In this document: in pieces, positions 12,401 to 25,000 of the stretch | How the letters are laid out: the number at the start of each line of letters is the position of its first letter | How positions within the stretch are numbered: position 1 is the stretch's first letter | Notes under the pieces: model-generated | The model's input: only the letters and a program-made list of their open reading frames with translations | Database searches by the model: none | What the model was told of the DNA's origin: nothing | Assembly: GCA_963924565.1 (NCBI GenBank) | Contig: OZ004612.1 | Span: forward strand, 7,688,001-7,752,000 | Source: Ascidiella aspersa | Lineage: Eukaryota | Length of the DNA stretch: 64,000 nt | Reading direction: 5' to 3' | Position numbers and translations under genes: made by a program

Positions 12401-13478
12401 TATTAACAACATCTTTGTTCTTAACCTCGCCTTTGCCGATTTACTGATGGGCTGTTGCCTTTTCGGCTTGGGCGCCAAGTCGGCTGAATTTTCGGGAAAC
12501 TATTGCTTGGAAGACTTGGTCTGGCGAGCGAGTTCTTCTTGCAGTGCGCTGGGAGTGAGCATAGTTTTGTCAAGCGAGGCATCCGTCTTCACACTTATCC
12601 TTCTCACGTCTTATCGCCTCTACGGAGTCCTGTTGCCCTTCAAAAGTCGTCAGCTGAGAGTTAGGGTGGCTGTTGGGTATCTTGCAGCTATTTGGGCAGT
12701 TGCTTTGTGTATTGCTCTCATGCCCTTGAGCGATATTTTATCAACGTATATGGTGACAGACATGCTGATTGCCAAAAGCCCATACTTTAAACGAGGAACG
12801 GTGAAACTTTACGAACTGGAGCAATTTGCATTGCGCTTAAACGCACTTCAGCCTGGAAATGAGACTTCTAATTTACCGCTGGACTGGGGCGGATTGGTTC
12901 AGTTCCTGTCGAAACACTTTCCTAATCAAACCACTGATGTTTTAGGCTTTCACGGTTATTACAGCGCTAACGGCGTCTGTATACCTAAGATTTATCGCTT
13001 GTCAGGTGACGAGTCAGGTTTCAACATTTACTCCGCTGTGACAATCACGTTTAGCTTCGTTTCTTTGCTATATATTCTAGTAGCTTATGTCATGATATAC
13101 CGAAGATCTGCACACAAACCAGACATTGGTTCAGCTTCGGCTTCTGCACCTAGAAATGCTAAAATACAACGCAAGATCACTTTTCTTATTGCAACCGATA
13201 TGTGCTGTTGGATGCCCATCTGCATTATGACTTTTCTAAGTATGGGCGGAATGGTCATGCCCTCCTTCGCTTACGCCTTTTCCGCCGTTATCCTGTTGCC
13301 AATTAACAGCGCTTTGAATCCAATAATTTACTCCGATACATTACCAATCGCTTTAGGTTTTTGTCGAGCACAATTATCCAAGTTACGTATGAACACTAAA
13401 CCCGTTGTTTCTGAGCAGCGATCTCAATCGACAAAAGAAGGCAACTTGCCTTCCCCTTACACGACTTCAGGACTATAG
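6408..13478 (+). CDS. Gene A1: multi-LDLa-repeat GPCR (LGR/RXFP-like 7TM, no LRR), 1129 aa; join(6408..6474,6630..6779,7843..7965,8157..9459,9837..9939,10309..10501,10907..11052,12174..13478)
   Basis: All 7 introns are GT-AG with compatible phases (1,1,1,2,0,1,0); exon lengths sum to 3390 nt. Exon 1 encodes a signal-peptide-like MLDFLYPIICFLVISTKFKTVF. Exons 2-8 carry repeated C..F.C....CI...W..D...DC.D.SDE LDLa motifs. Exon 8 has LGR/RXFP-type 7TM motifs NLAFADLLMG, SEASVFTL, YYSANGVCIP, TDMCCWMP, LPINSALNPIIY. Confidence 0.9.
10623..10692. repeat. Two 35-bp tandem units in intron 6 (A1/A2-specific segment)
   Basis: aggttaccccgggtcattgtcctcacctggtcttc repeated imperfectly; also near 27081-27150; replaced by different sequence in A3/A4. 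Confidence 0.65.
11590..11822. mobile_element. Palindromic MITE with central (TAACCC)n in A1 intron 7
   Basis: TG...CA termini, internal ~50-bp inverted arms around taaccc repeats; a 4-bp TSD tagc is clear in the A2 and A4 copies. Confidence 0.6.
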
Positions 13479-14204
13479 ATTTTTATACTCGCTGTGCACT
13501 GTAGAAGTTTGTTCAAGATTTGAACTTTTGACTACACGTTAAGGTTGTGATGCTGCAGCGTCTTTTGTTTAATGCAAGTTCAAATGTTGTATTTATTATT
13601 CCAGTAGAAAAAAACATTTTTGTTATTTTTTTGTCTTATGTGAAAATCTGTTTGTAAACTGCATGCACACTCATAGGGTTGTCTTGTGACTATTTATTTC
13701 ATTTTTTTTTCTGTTGTTCTAAATATAAGTTATGAGATTATGAGGGTATAGGCTATAAACATTCCGAAACAGACAACGGACTGAGCGATCGTTTTATTGT
13801 TTGTAAATAGCACGGTTATGTATTCGATTTTAAGGCGTTTTTGTATTAAAATAATAAATTGTATATATGAAATATTTAATGTGCAGCTAATGCAATAACA
13901 TATAGCGAGCACACCATAACGTCATATGTTAAACCAGGGTTCGGCAACCTTCGGCCCGCGGATATAATTCATCCGGCCAGCCGCCTGTTTGACAAATTAG
14001 CCACGAGTCCATTTGACATACTTTTTGACTATTTTAGCTACCTAAGTTCGAAATATTTTCGTGCTTTGCGCGAATGATCTTTTTACATCCGGTTTGTACG
14101 TTTTTATGCTGTCTTTTTAACTAAATCAGCGATACTTTATAGATGCGCCGTGCAAGACTGCCTATAGTGCGTCGCGGAAAAGTGGAAAACGATATTGATC
14201 ATAT

Positions 14205-14302
14205 AATAGATAAAAGATTCATTCTTTTATTTGCAAACGTTTCGGCAATTTCTTTTGCTTACTGCACTGATGATGGCAAAAGAAATTGCCGAAACGTTTG
14301 CA
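14205..14302. mobile_element. 98-bp Penelope-like retroelement remnant nested in a hAT MITE
   Basis: 14-bp direct repeat gatattgatcatat on both sides (14191..14204, 14303..14316); perfect 27-bp inverted repeat (14232..14258 / 14276..14302); hammerhead core; absent from the orthologous MITE copy near 45910. Confidence 0.65.
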
Positions 14303-14303
14303 G
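14262..14303 (+). ncRNA. Minimal type I hammerhead ribozyme motif within a Penelope-like insert
   Basis: CUGCA-CUGAUGA-U-GGCAA(AAGAAA)UUGCC-GAAA-CG-UU-UGCAG: full core, 5-bp stem I, 5-bp stem II, loopless palindromic stem III (ACGU). Confidence 0.65.
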
Positions 14304-16594
14304 ATATTGATCATATTTTTTAACCATTTTTTTATTTATCACATTGCTTTTTACTTTCATTTATCACATTGCTTTTTACTTTCAGCAATGTGATAAAACT
14401 TGCAAGAAAATGAACAGAAATGCCGGTTTACCAAAAAAAATCGCGCTCAGTTCGCTCGCCAGGTGCGCCCGAACTTAAAAAACGTTAACCAACTCTTACT
14501 TGGATTAACTTTAAATGTTATCGCGTTCTCCTTAAAGTAGTCTTATTACACTTTTCATTAATAATATGGATAACGTGTGAACTCGAATTTTATACCAAAC
14601 AAACGCTTTTTTTCACGCTTTGCGGCCACACTTTACTGCCTCTTTAAACGTAATTATACACGTCTGAAAGTGCAAAAAGGATCCGAGGCCCGCCTGATTC
14701 ACTGCTGCTCTAACATTTTAATAACACAATTCTTAGTTAACATTTTGTGCGGTCCACAGAGCCCTTTCTGAGTTTGGTTTTGACCCGCGACTAGAAAAAG
14801 GTTGCCGACCCCTGTATTAAACCTTACTGGGACAAACAAATGACAGACATATAGGTTTGCAGTTTTTAATTGCACCGTTTTGCCTGTACGGTTGACTGGT
14901 CAAACGGTATTGCTTCCGGCTTACATCAACCACTTAACGGAAGTAAGAAAAACCTTTAATGGCTAATAGCAACTTGACAGAAGAATTTAAATTAAACTAG
15001 CATCATGTTTTAGTGAAACTCGGACAGAATTTCTATGTTTTTTTAGCAAACAGAAGATAACTGGAAATAAGCCACGTCAAAATGGCACCCAATCTGCATT
15101 TTTGCTTATATTCCAATGCAAACATCTTTCTCCCTCCGTCATCTAAAATAGTTTTTGCCAGCTTTAAACAATATAAAGGCGTTTCTTTGACTTTGTGTAA
15201 ATCGATAAAATCTTTGTGATATATCTTTTGTATTGAAAGTAACACATTTCCAACCTTACCCCTCAAGGAACAAACAAAAGTCGAACAAAAGATTTTTTTA
15301 CTTTATTTCAGCTGCATATTAGGAGTTCCACCGAAAACATTATATACATGCATGTTATCCCAGTTATTACTCCAGTATCCATCCGCGGTGTTTTTTTACT
15401 TGTTACGATTGTTAGCACGAGTTGTATAGGCCTGGATTAGGCCAACCTTTAGTCTATATGTGTATTTCGTTTGCCTTGGTTAAAATACTGTAAGTAAACT
15501 TATGTTTTTTAATATTTTAGTAAAAAAATCTTACCATGATTTACACCCAATTCAAAAATAGTGTTAAATACAAAGAATATTGCCATCCTTACCTCTTAAT
15601 GACGTTTCGTAATATATTCGCAAATAACGTCAAAACTTATATCAACAAGCCACAGGGAACACACATAGCCTATATTAGGTATGTGCACAGTCGTCACAGG
15701 CAACTTTATGAGTATACACCAGACCTGCACAGCATACGGCCCACGACGTAATAACACTTTTCGGTTTACTACTTCTATTCTAAGTAAGTTCGGATTCTAA
15801 GTAAGTTCGGGCGCTCACACATAATGGCTGAAAAAAGGCGAATAGTTTAATTACGCGTTTAAAAGTTGCAGTGACTGTAAGTGTATAATAATTTAGTGAT
15901 AGGCCAAATTCGAGGTGCGCAAACTCTCAGCTCGCAGACGCATTACAGATTCAGTACTTTGACAAAAAGTAGCATAAAATGCATTAAATTGTCGAGAATT
16001 GTTGCCACGCCAAAGAGTTTGCACAAAACACAATAGACGGATCCTGGAGGCAACCAGACAATGTCCACTGCAAACTGTTTTTGTACCTATCGCTATTTAA
16101 GTATTACTTTTTAAACCTCTGTTCGTTAGTAATATGTTTTGTCCGTTTTAAAAAAAATCTATTTAGCTAAAAAGCGCTATGCATAATATGTCATGTCGCA
16201 TCGCGTGACTCATCAATTCTACAAAACTCAATTCCTGTTGAATTAGACCGCGAATGCCAGCAATATGCAAATATCTTTTATGTGCCAAATACGCCACGTA
16301 TCCCTTTAAATTAAAAGACAAAACGCCAAATTTTCGCCCGATTAGACTAGATTTTAGCCTCATATAATGGCGTACGAGTTGCTGGACACGCTACGCACGT
16401 TATTTCGAAGTTAACTAAGAATAGATCAATGCCTAATACCTAAATGGTAAATAGTTGCATTCATTTAAATAATAAATAATCTCGTCTAACTTGACATAAA
16501 ACAAAACACGCCATTGCATATGTTGAAGGAAATCAAAATTATACCAAATGTAACGAAAAAGTAATTTAGCACAGCTTGCAACAATAATCTAAAC

Positions 16595-16990
16595 CAGTGC
16601 TCTTCAACCGGTGTGCACGGTGCACCCTAGGGTGCAGCAAAATATGCATGTGGTGCAACACTACGAAAAGATATACAAGGGGGCATCACAAACGTTTAAT
16701 GAAGCATTAATATTCAAGATTTTTAATGACAAAACAGTCGTTAAATAGTCTCTTTGCTATTTTATTAAGTTTGTTTGAATGGTGTTTTAAGACATGCAAT
16801 ATAATATTCGCAAGCAGCCTGCAGCCATAAACTTTCACCGACAGTGTGTAAAACTTCGGCAGTTCCGCTCGGTTTAATTGATATGATGATATTTTTTTGA
16901 CCTCAGTTTACCTTTTAAGTAAACAGGGTGCATGACTTCTCTAGATCAACCTTAAGGGTTCACCAAACCAAAAAAGGGTAAAGAGCACTG
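16595..16990. mobile_element. hAT MITE at P2 stop codon (duplicate of 953..1347)
   Basis: Same TIRs and TSD. Confidence 0.85.
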
Positions 16991-19900
16991 ATATAAACTG
17001 CCGAGGTCGTGTTAGGGGAAGGAAAGTTGCCTTCTTTTGTCGATTGAGATCGCTCATTTTTTTTTGTCGATTGAGATCGCTCACAGAAACAACGGGTTTA
17101 ATGTTCATTCGAAACTTGGATAATTGTTCTCGGCAAAAACCCAAAGCCGTCGGTAAGGTATCGGAGTAAATTATTGGATTTAAAGGGCTGTTAATTGGCA
17201 ACAGGATAACGGCGGAAAAGGCGTGAGCGAAGGAGGGCATGACCACTCCGCCCATACATAGAAAAGTCATAATGCAGATGGGCATCCAGCAGCACATATC
17301 GGTTGCAATAAGGAAAGTAATCTTGCCTTGCATTGTAGCATTTCTAGCAACAGAATCAGCCACAGAGCGAATGTCTGGTGTCTGTGCAGATCTTCGGTAT
17401 ATAATTACATATGCTACTAAAATATATAGCAAAGAAACGAAGCTAAACGTGATTGTCACAGCGGAGTAAATGTTGAAACCTGACTCGTCGCCTGACAAGC
17501 GATAAATCTTAGGTATACAGACGCCATTAGCGCTGTAATAACCGTGAAAGCCTATAACATCAGTGGTTTGATTAGGAAAGTTTTTCGACAGGAACTGAAC
17601 CAATCCGCTCCAGTCCAGCGGTAAATTAGAAGTCGCATTTCCAGGCTGAAGCGCGTTTAAGCGCAAAATAAATTGCTCCAGTTCGTAAAGTTTCACCGTT
17701 CCTTGTTGGAAGTAAGGGCTTTTGGCAATCAGCATATCGCTGACCATATACGTTGATAAAATATCGCTTAAAGGCATGAGAGCAATGAACAAAGCAGCTG
17801 CCCAAATAGCTGCAAGACACCCAACAGCCACCCTAACTCTCAACTGACGACTTTTAAAGGGCCAAATGACTCCATAGAGGCGATAAGACGTTAGAGGGAT
17901 AAGTGTGAAGACGGATGCCTCGCTCGACAAAACTATGCTCACTCCCAGCGCACTGCAAGAAGAAATCGCTCGCCAAACCAATAGTTTCCCGAAAACTCAG
18001 CCGGACTTGGCGCCCAAGCCGAAAAGGCAACAGCCCATCAGCAAATCGGCAAAGGCGAGGTTGAGAACAAGAATGTTGTTGATAACCGAAATAGACGATG
18101 CCTCCCGTTTTCCAGAATGGCAAAACGATTTGGACATGTCAAATAACTTTTGCAACCAAACAAAAAAACATTGCTTCATCGCTTACAGAACTTGAGTTCA
18201 GCGCCCAATTTCTTAAATGGCGGACAATTGCGACAAAATGTCTTGGACAAGGCAAGGTATTTAAACATTTACCTGAAGTCCACGGAACCCTTCCGGCGTC
18301 GCAGTAAAAGTGATCGCATTCAATTTCGTCCTCGCTCTTGCTGCATTCCTGAACACCGTTGCAAATCGACGAACCCACCAATCGTCGAACGGTACTCCAG
18401 GAAACCTCGGCACTTTCGGTTTATTTCCAAGCCCGTAGCTTTGTATGACTTGGCCCACACAGGAGGCATTACTATCTGACGAAAAGAACTGTATTCTAAG
18501 GACAATGTCGATTGGCTGCCTGTGCATGAAATTGCAGTGTGTTCGCTTGATATTCCAAGACTTCACTTCGATTTCCTCTATACTTGTTGGGTCTGAGTAA
18601 CCTAGTCACAAACTGACCAGCTTTATCCCGACTTTGCGCTACAACTTCTAACCGCCTGAGCGGTAGAAAACGCTCACAAGACATGTTGTGTTGTGCTGTG
18701 AGCATTCGCTGAAAAGCGCAGTTATTCTGGATTTGGGAATGCAAAATAAATCTAACGACATACGCAGGTTGAAATATCGAGGCTATTTTGCCCAGTTTTG
18801 ATGAAGTCCTGTCGGGCAGTCAATCTCCCTTGTAGAAACATACAGTATTAAGTATAATGGTAGAATCCGCTACGCTACGTAAATCTTTGGGTGACATTTA
18901 ATGTCAGCTAGTATAAACACTAAGTTCGCTCTAAAACTGGGCAATTTGTTTATTAGAGTAAGTTAATTTTGTTATTGTTTGAATCCCATTAAAGGCTTAT
19001 TAGATGTTAACATACATAAATTTTTGGGTATTCATAATTCAAAACAATTTGTTTACTTAAATGTTTTAGCCTTAATAGTGGTTTTAGATGCATTTAAAAA
19101 ATTATAATAATGATAACCCGTTAGAAAACAAACCTTACTTTTTTCAGTGGAATGCTGTCGCAAATGCTGAGCCTTGTGCTACAGTTTTCCCGCGGAGAGT
19201 ATCCGTCATCAAAATAAAGACATTCCACTTTTCCGTCGCATCTATAGTTAAAAAACATTTTTATAGTAAAAAGGACAGTTAAAAAAACTGTGTCTCAGTA
19301 TTTGTGCGACTTAAACTGGTATACCGCTATTAGGAATTTGTTTGTTAGGATTAAAATTACCCGACACCGTTGTCGACAAACGCTCCTTCAGCGAACGAAG
19401 CCAATTTGAGGATGTCGGCCAAAGTACGATGTAAGGGAGTAATCGGGTCATAAACGAAGTTCTTAGGACTTTTTGCAGTGACAAGTTTTTGATCTTTAGC
19501 GCAATACAACTCGTCTGATTTGGATGTAGGACAATCTACCGCGCCATCGCAACACTTATTTCTTGCCAAACAGTTTGAATCGCACTTGAAATGCCAAACG
19601 CTGCAGTTACAACACACAGCACCCTGCAGGTCCGTATTGTAACACAGGTTCGAGCAGACCTCAGTGAGGACAGTTGTATTAAAACCATTCGAGCAAAGGC
19701 ACTCGTCGGAGAGGTCTTGACAATCGATTATCCCATCACACAACTGTCTCTTTGATACGATGGTCTTATCGTCCAAGCAAATCGAGCACAGAAACTCGCC
19801 TCTGTCATCGAAGCATATATCGGATCCGTCGTCGCACCAAGGCAACTGGTCGTGTAAAGCCCATTGAGGCACTGAGCAGTATTTATTGCCGGTGGGCGAG

Positions 19901-20611
19901 TTTAAAACTAGTTTTTGGCACTTGAAGCCTGGCATCCAAGTAATGACGTCGGCGCCATTCGGGCAGTGAGTTAACATGTCGCAGGAATACAAGACAGGCA
20001 AGTGCTTGGTTGGTTCGGGCAGCGAAACATCTTCGAACCTTGCTCTTTGCAACTCTCAATCTCGTCGCTACAATCTCCACAGTTGTCGATTCCGTCGCAT
20101 AAATACTCAAGAGGAATACATCGACGCGATGAGGCGCATAAAAATCACCTTTTCATCACTCCCGTCTGGACAGTCGCTTACTTTGTTCCCAATCCAGGTA
20201 TAAGGAATGCATCTTCCGCTATCGAGGCAATGAAACTCGTCTCTGTTGCATGCAAGTTGCTCAAGCTCGTCGGAAGAGTCGCCACAATCCGAGTATCCGT
20301 CTCTTACCCTATACCGCAGCACACATCTGCCGCTATCTTTGCAGCGAAACTCAGTTGCGGTATTACAGGAGCTCAACGGCGCCACTTCGTCACTTGCTGT
20401 TCCCAGACAATCAGTAATGTTATCGCGGACCCACGCCCGCGGGATGCAGCGCGCCTTCTTTAAGCTACTTCCGGCGGGAAGATGGTAGCGCACCTCCGAG
20501 CTTGTGCAGGATTCGAACCCGCGCTCCTCGTCACTCGCATCGCTGTGGGACAAAGTGTCGCAATCCCTCTCTCCGTCCATCACCATCCACCTCGGAATGC
20601 TGCGGCGAGTC
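16941..20611 (-). pseudogene. P2: truncated, frameshifted copy of gene B
   Basis: Same lesions as P1, plus a short duplication and frameshift in the C-terminal tail near 17035-17085. Confidence 0.9.
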
Positions 20612-22048
20612 ACTATACGATATGTAAAACTATACGATATGTAACACTATACGATATGTAAACTTATCAGACAGTTTTAAACACAAGTGTAAAATGAGAA
20701 CGTTATAAACAGCCGAACTAAGGAAGCTTTCAATAAGTACATATCAATCTAGGAGTGTGGAAGATATGAAAGAATTTATCTATTAAAAGAACAAAAGCAA
20801 TCAGTACTTACACTGCACACAAAAAATATTTAGTAAATTCACTCATAAACGAGCGCATTCGACTCCGAAATATACAGAACGACGCTTGCTATTTTTAACG
20901 ATTTTTACTTGGCCTTATATAGCTTACATCGGCCAGATGTTGGTGGTTAATTTTTTGTGACATATGATAAGTAAATCGCGGCCAAGAGTATGTTGGCAGC
21001 TTAAATGATGCACCCAGCCAGCCGCTGCATGTTTGGCGTGACCGCTGCCTAATCCTAACAAAATTTTCCGCAACCAATACAACAGTGACAAATCCTGCGA
21101 TGTCTCATTGCAAAGTATAACACATAAAGGATAATAATAAAACGCAAAGTGGCATCTGTTTCGGCTGTTACAACATCATAATATCTTACCTCCCAAGACG
21201 GAGGAATCTGAATGACGATAATTATGTTTTTTATTTCAACGCCTAAAATAGGTCATTTAACTTAATCAAGACCATTTATCATGATAATTTTTTAACTCAA
21301 ATCGATAGTTGGGGCTGGTACACACAAACTCAATTATAAGTGAACGGCACAGTGTTTTATATTGGTTAATTGTTGTTTTAATATAAAGTCTGTTTAAAAT
21401 TGTGTAATGTAGAACGACCGTGGTCTAATATGACGTTTATATCAATACGCCATAAGCTAAAGTGGTGTTGATTTTTTACTTATATTTATTTCCTTCTGCT
21501 TTGCACGGGCGACCTCACAATACTTTACTTCCTTTCACGTTTAGTTTATTATAAGGAATTTGAATCAATTTTTGGACTATATTATATTACATGATACAGA
21601 CTTAAGATGGCGCCAGTACAAGAAAGTCTTGCGTCGTGCCGTCCAAATTACGAAATGAAAAATAAGGCCGTTGAATGATCCACGCTTAACTTTCCGGTAA
21701 ACACCCATAGATACGTGCCATTGTGCTTGGTGCAGCTAACCACTAACGTCACGTTTCTATGCGTCACCGTGCAACTCCAAACCACAAGTTTATATTTCCA
21801 AAGTTGTCAGCCTATATTCAAACTGAGCCATATAGTGAGTAGCTTTAAACGATTTAGTTTTTTATACCTTATGCCGCAGCAAATTACGAAGAATATGTTT
21901 TCGTTCATGAGTTTAGTTCAATTAAATATGGTTTCCTGTTTCAGGGTGACTAGTCTACCAAGTTTAAAATAAATAATAATAACACCAATCAAAGTACAAG
22001 AAAAAACGATCAATATTTTAATCTTCAGCAACAGGCCTTTTATATAAC

Positions 22049-25000
22049 ATGCTCGATTTTCTTTATCCAATTATCTGCTTCCTGGTAATCTCAACTAAAG
22101 TCAAAACTTTTTTCGGTAAGTAGATTTTTGTTGGTCCATGATTTGCTTTTGAGCTACTAGTCTATTTAAGCCCAGCCAATAAAGCAACACCATAATTGCT
22201 GTCGTGTATAATAATTGGGTAATGTTAAAAATAATTTTAAAGTTTATACTTGTATATTACAAAATTCCAGATGTGAACCACTACTTGGCGATCCGAAGAC
22301 GTGATTCCTCGTGTCGGGCGGAGGATGGACTTTTCCTGTGCGACAATTTGCAGTGCGTGCAAAGACAAGATGTCCTCGACTCCAGAATTGACTGCGCAGA
22401 TGGGAGTGACCAGCGTTCAAGTATGCCACATATCATTATCATAGCAAGACTTAAAATACCCTGAGCAGTTTAGACTATTGATTTTACCATGAATCCCATT
22501 TTTTTCAAATACAAGCCGAAAAGCTTTAAAAATAAATTATTTATGTCCACCAGGAGAGAGTCCAGGATTTTCGTTTAGGGGAGCCGGGAAATTTTTCAGG
22601 AATGACGTGACAAAGTTACATTTTGTGAGGCCAGCAAAACGTTTTAAATTTTGGGCAAGAACTCAAATTGTCTTCCACATTCCATCCTTTTTAACACCGT
22701 TGTCTTGTGCTATTGCTAATTAACTGTCATTAAACCTAAATATCTTATTAAAACTTGGCCAGCTTGCCTGTTTAAAAATGAAAGATTTTGTCTAAATGAG
22801 TTGTGTCATACATGCAACCTACACACGTTTTTCAGCTGAGTCGCATACAACGTTTGAATATTTAAAATTCTGTCTTAACTGGGTGGATATACTGATCTTT
22901 TGAACCCTTTTTTATGGTTTTAAAATTAAGAAGAAAAAAAAAAAACGATTATTGTTGCCTTTGTCGCAAATTACAGTCGTTACGTTTGCAACGTTTTCGG
23001 GATTCGTGGCACTTTTCGCGCTAGAAAACATGTATGTTTATGTAGGCGCCCATTCCACTCTATCACCATACATTTATGAATGCTGCTAAAAGTTAGTGTG
23101 TGTATCTACAAGTAAACCAGCCACCAGACGAAAAGAAATACTGTTAACAGCTTAGTGCAGATACAATAAATAGGCCTATATTGATCATGTTAAAACGATT
23201 TTCGTTTCTTAGGTTTGTTGTTGCGGCCCAATGACGTAATCGAAATATGTCACAGTAAGACTTGAGTTTGACCCCCTGTAGTAGTGCTAACCCCTGGGTT
23301 TACTAAGAATTGAGAAATATAGCATTTATTTTTAATAATGTTTAATTTTCAAACTTCCTTTGGGAAACCGTAGAGTAAAATGTGCCCTTAATGTGTTTGG
23401 ATACCTCAACTCAAATCATGAAGTTGTGCGCATAGAAACGCATGGTCCGCTTTAACTAAAGGCGACGAATTTACCTTCCAGCAATAAATTGCACGGACGA
23501 CGAATTTCCTTGCCGATCGTCCTTCCGTTGCGTTCCGAGGCAGTTTGCGGTGGACGGATGTGTTCGTAAAAGAAACGTGATACTCGGGTGCAGAGAAGAC
23601 AAAGGTTAGATACGTCGCATACGACATAAGCTTTTAAACATATTTTCTTAATTGGAGGTTTGCAATATTAGTTGCTTTCTCATGTTTTCTTTGTGACGTG
23701 AGGACAATGCGTAGTGAAGAAAATGTTGAACCCTACGTTTTTTACATATCCAAAAATCATAACTTTTGTGATATTGCCTTCATAAATTGGTGCCGCAGAA
23801 TTCACTTGCCGCAAGACTCGCCGCTGCATCCCGAGGTGGATGGTGATAGACGGAGAGAGGGATTGCGACACTTTGTCCCACAACGATTCGAGTGACGAGG
23901 AGCGCGGGTTCGAATCCTGCACGAGCTCGGAGGTGCGCTGCCATCTTCCAGTCGGAAGTAGCTTAAAGAAGGCGCGCTGCATTCCGCGGGCGTGGGTTCG
24001 AGATAACATCACCGATTGTCCAGGAACGGGAAGTGACGAAGTGGAACCTTTGAGCTCCTGTAACAATGCAACCGAGTTTCGCTGTAAAGATAGCGGCAGA
24101 TGCGTGCTGCGGTATAGAGTAAGAGACGGATACTCGGATTGTGGCGACTCTTCCGACGAGCTTGAGCAACCCGTATGCAACAGAGACGAGTTTCATTGCC
24201 TCGATAGCGGAAGATGCATTCCAGATACCTGGATTGGGAACAAAGTAAGTGATTGTCCAGACGGAAGCGATGAAAAGGTGAATATGCAACCAACAAACTG
24301 TTCGGCAAACCAGTTCTTATGCGCCTCATCGCGTCGATGTATTCCTCTTGAGTATTTATGCGACGGAATCGACAACTGTGGAGATTGTAGCGACGAGATC
24401 GAGAGTTGCAAAGAGCAAGGTCCGAAGATGTTTCGCTGCCCGAACCAGCCAAGCACTTGCCTGTCTTGGCAGTATTCCTGCGACGCGTTAACCGACTGCC
24501 CGAATGGCGCCGATGACATCACGTGGATGCCAGGCTTTAAGTGCCAAAAACTAGTTTTAAACTCGCCCACCGGCAAGAAATACTGCTCAGTGCCTCAATG
24601 GGCCTTACACGATCAGTTGCCTTGGTGCGACGACGGATCTGATATTTGCTTCGATGACAGAGGCGAGTTTCTGTGCTCTCTGTGCTTGGACGGTAAGACC
24701 ATCGTAGCCAAGAGACAGCTGTGTGATGGGATAATTGACTGTCCAGACCTTTCAGACGAGTGCCTATGCTCGAATAGTTTTAATACGACTGTCCTTACTA
24801 AGGTCTGCTCGAACGTGTGTTACAATACGGACCTACAGGGTGCTGCGTGTCGTAACTGTAGCGTCGGGCATTTCAAGTGCGATTCAAACTGCTTGGAAAT
24901 CATTAAATTTTGCGATGGCGTGGTAGATTGCCCGACATCCAAATCAGACGAGTTGTATTGCGCTGAAAATCAAAAACTTGTCAATGCAAAAAGTCCGAAG

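Larger units (their letters stand above)
13935..14814. mobile_element. Non-autonomous hAT (Charlie-like) element downstream of A1
   Basis: TIR cagggttcggcaacct/aggttgccgacccctg; 8-bp TSD tgttaaac/tattaaac; empty site downstream of A4 at 54653..54660. Confidence 0.85.

Noticed and set aside
6408-13478. Assigning the symbol GRL101 or RXFP1/2
   Set aside because: The 7TM is related, but the LRR block defining those receptors is missing, so orthology is unsupported.
14232-14302. 27-bp inverted repeat considered as a pre-miRNA or MITE
   Set aside because: The 14-bp TSD, asymmetric placement of the arms and hammerhead core fit a Penelope-like remnant better; no small-RNA evidence is available.
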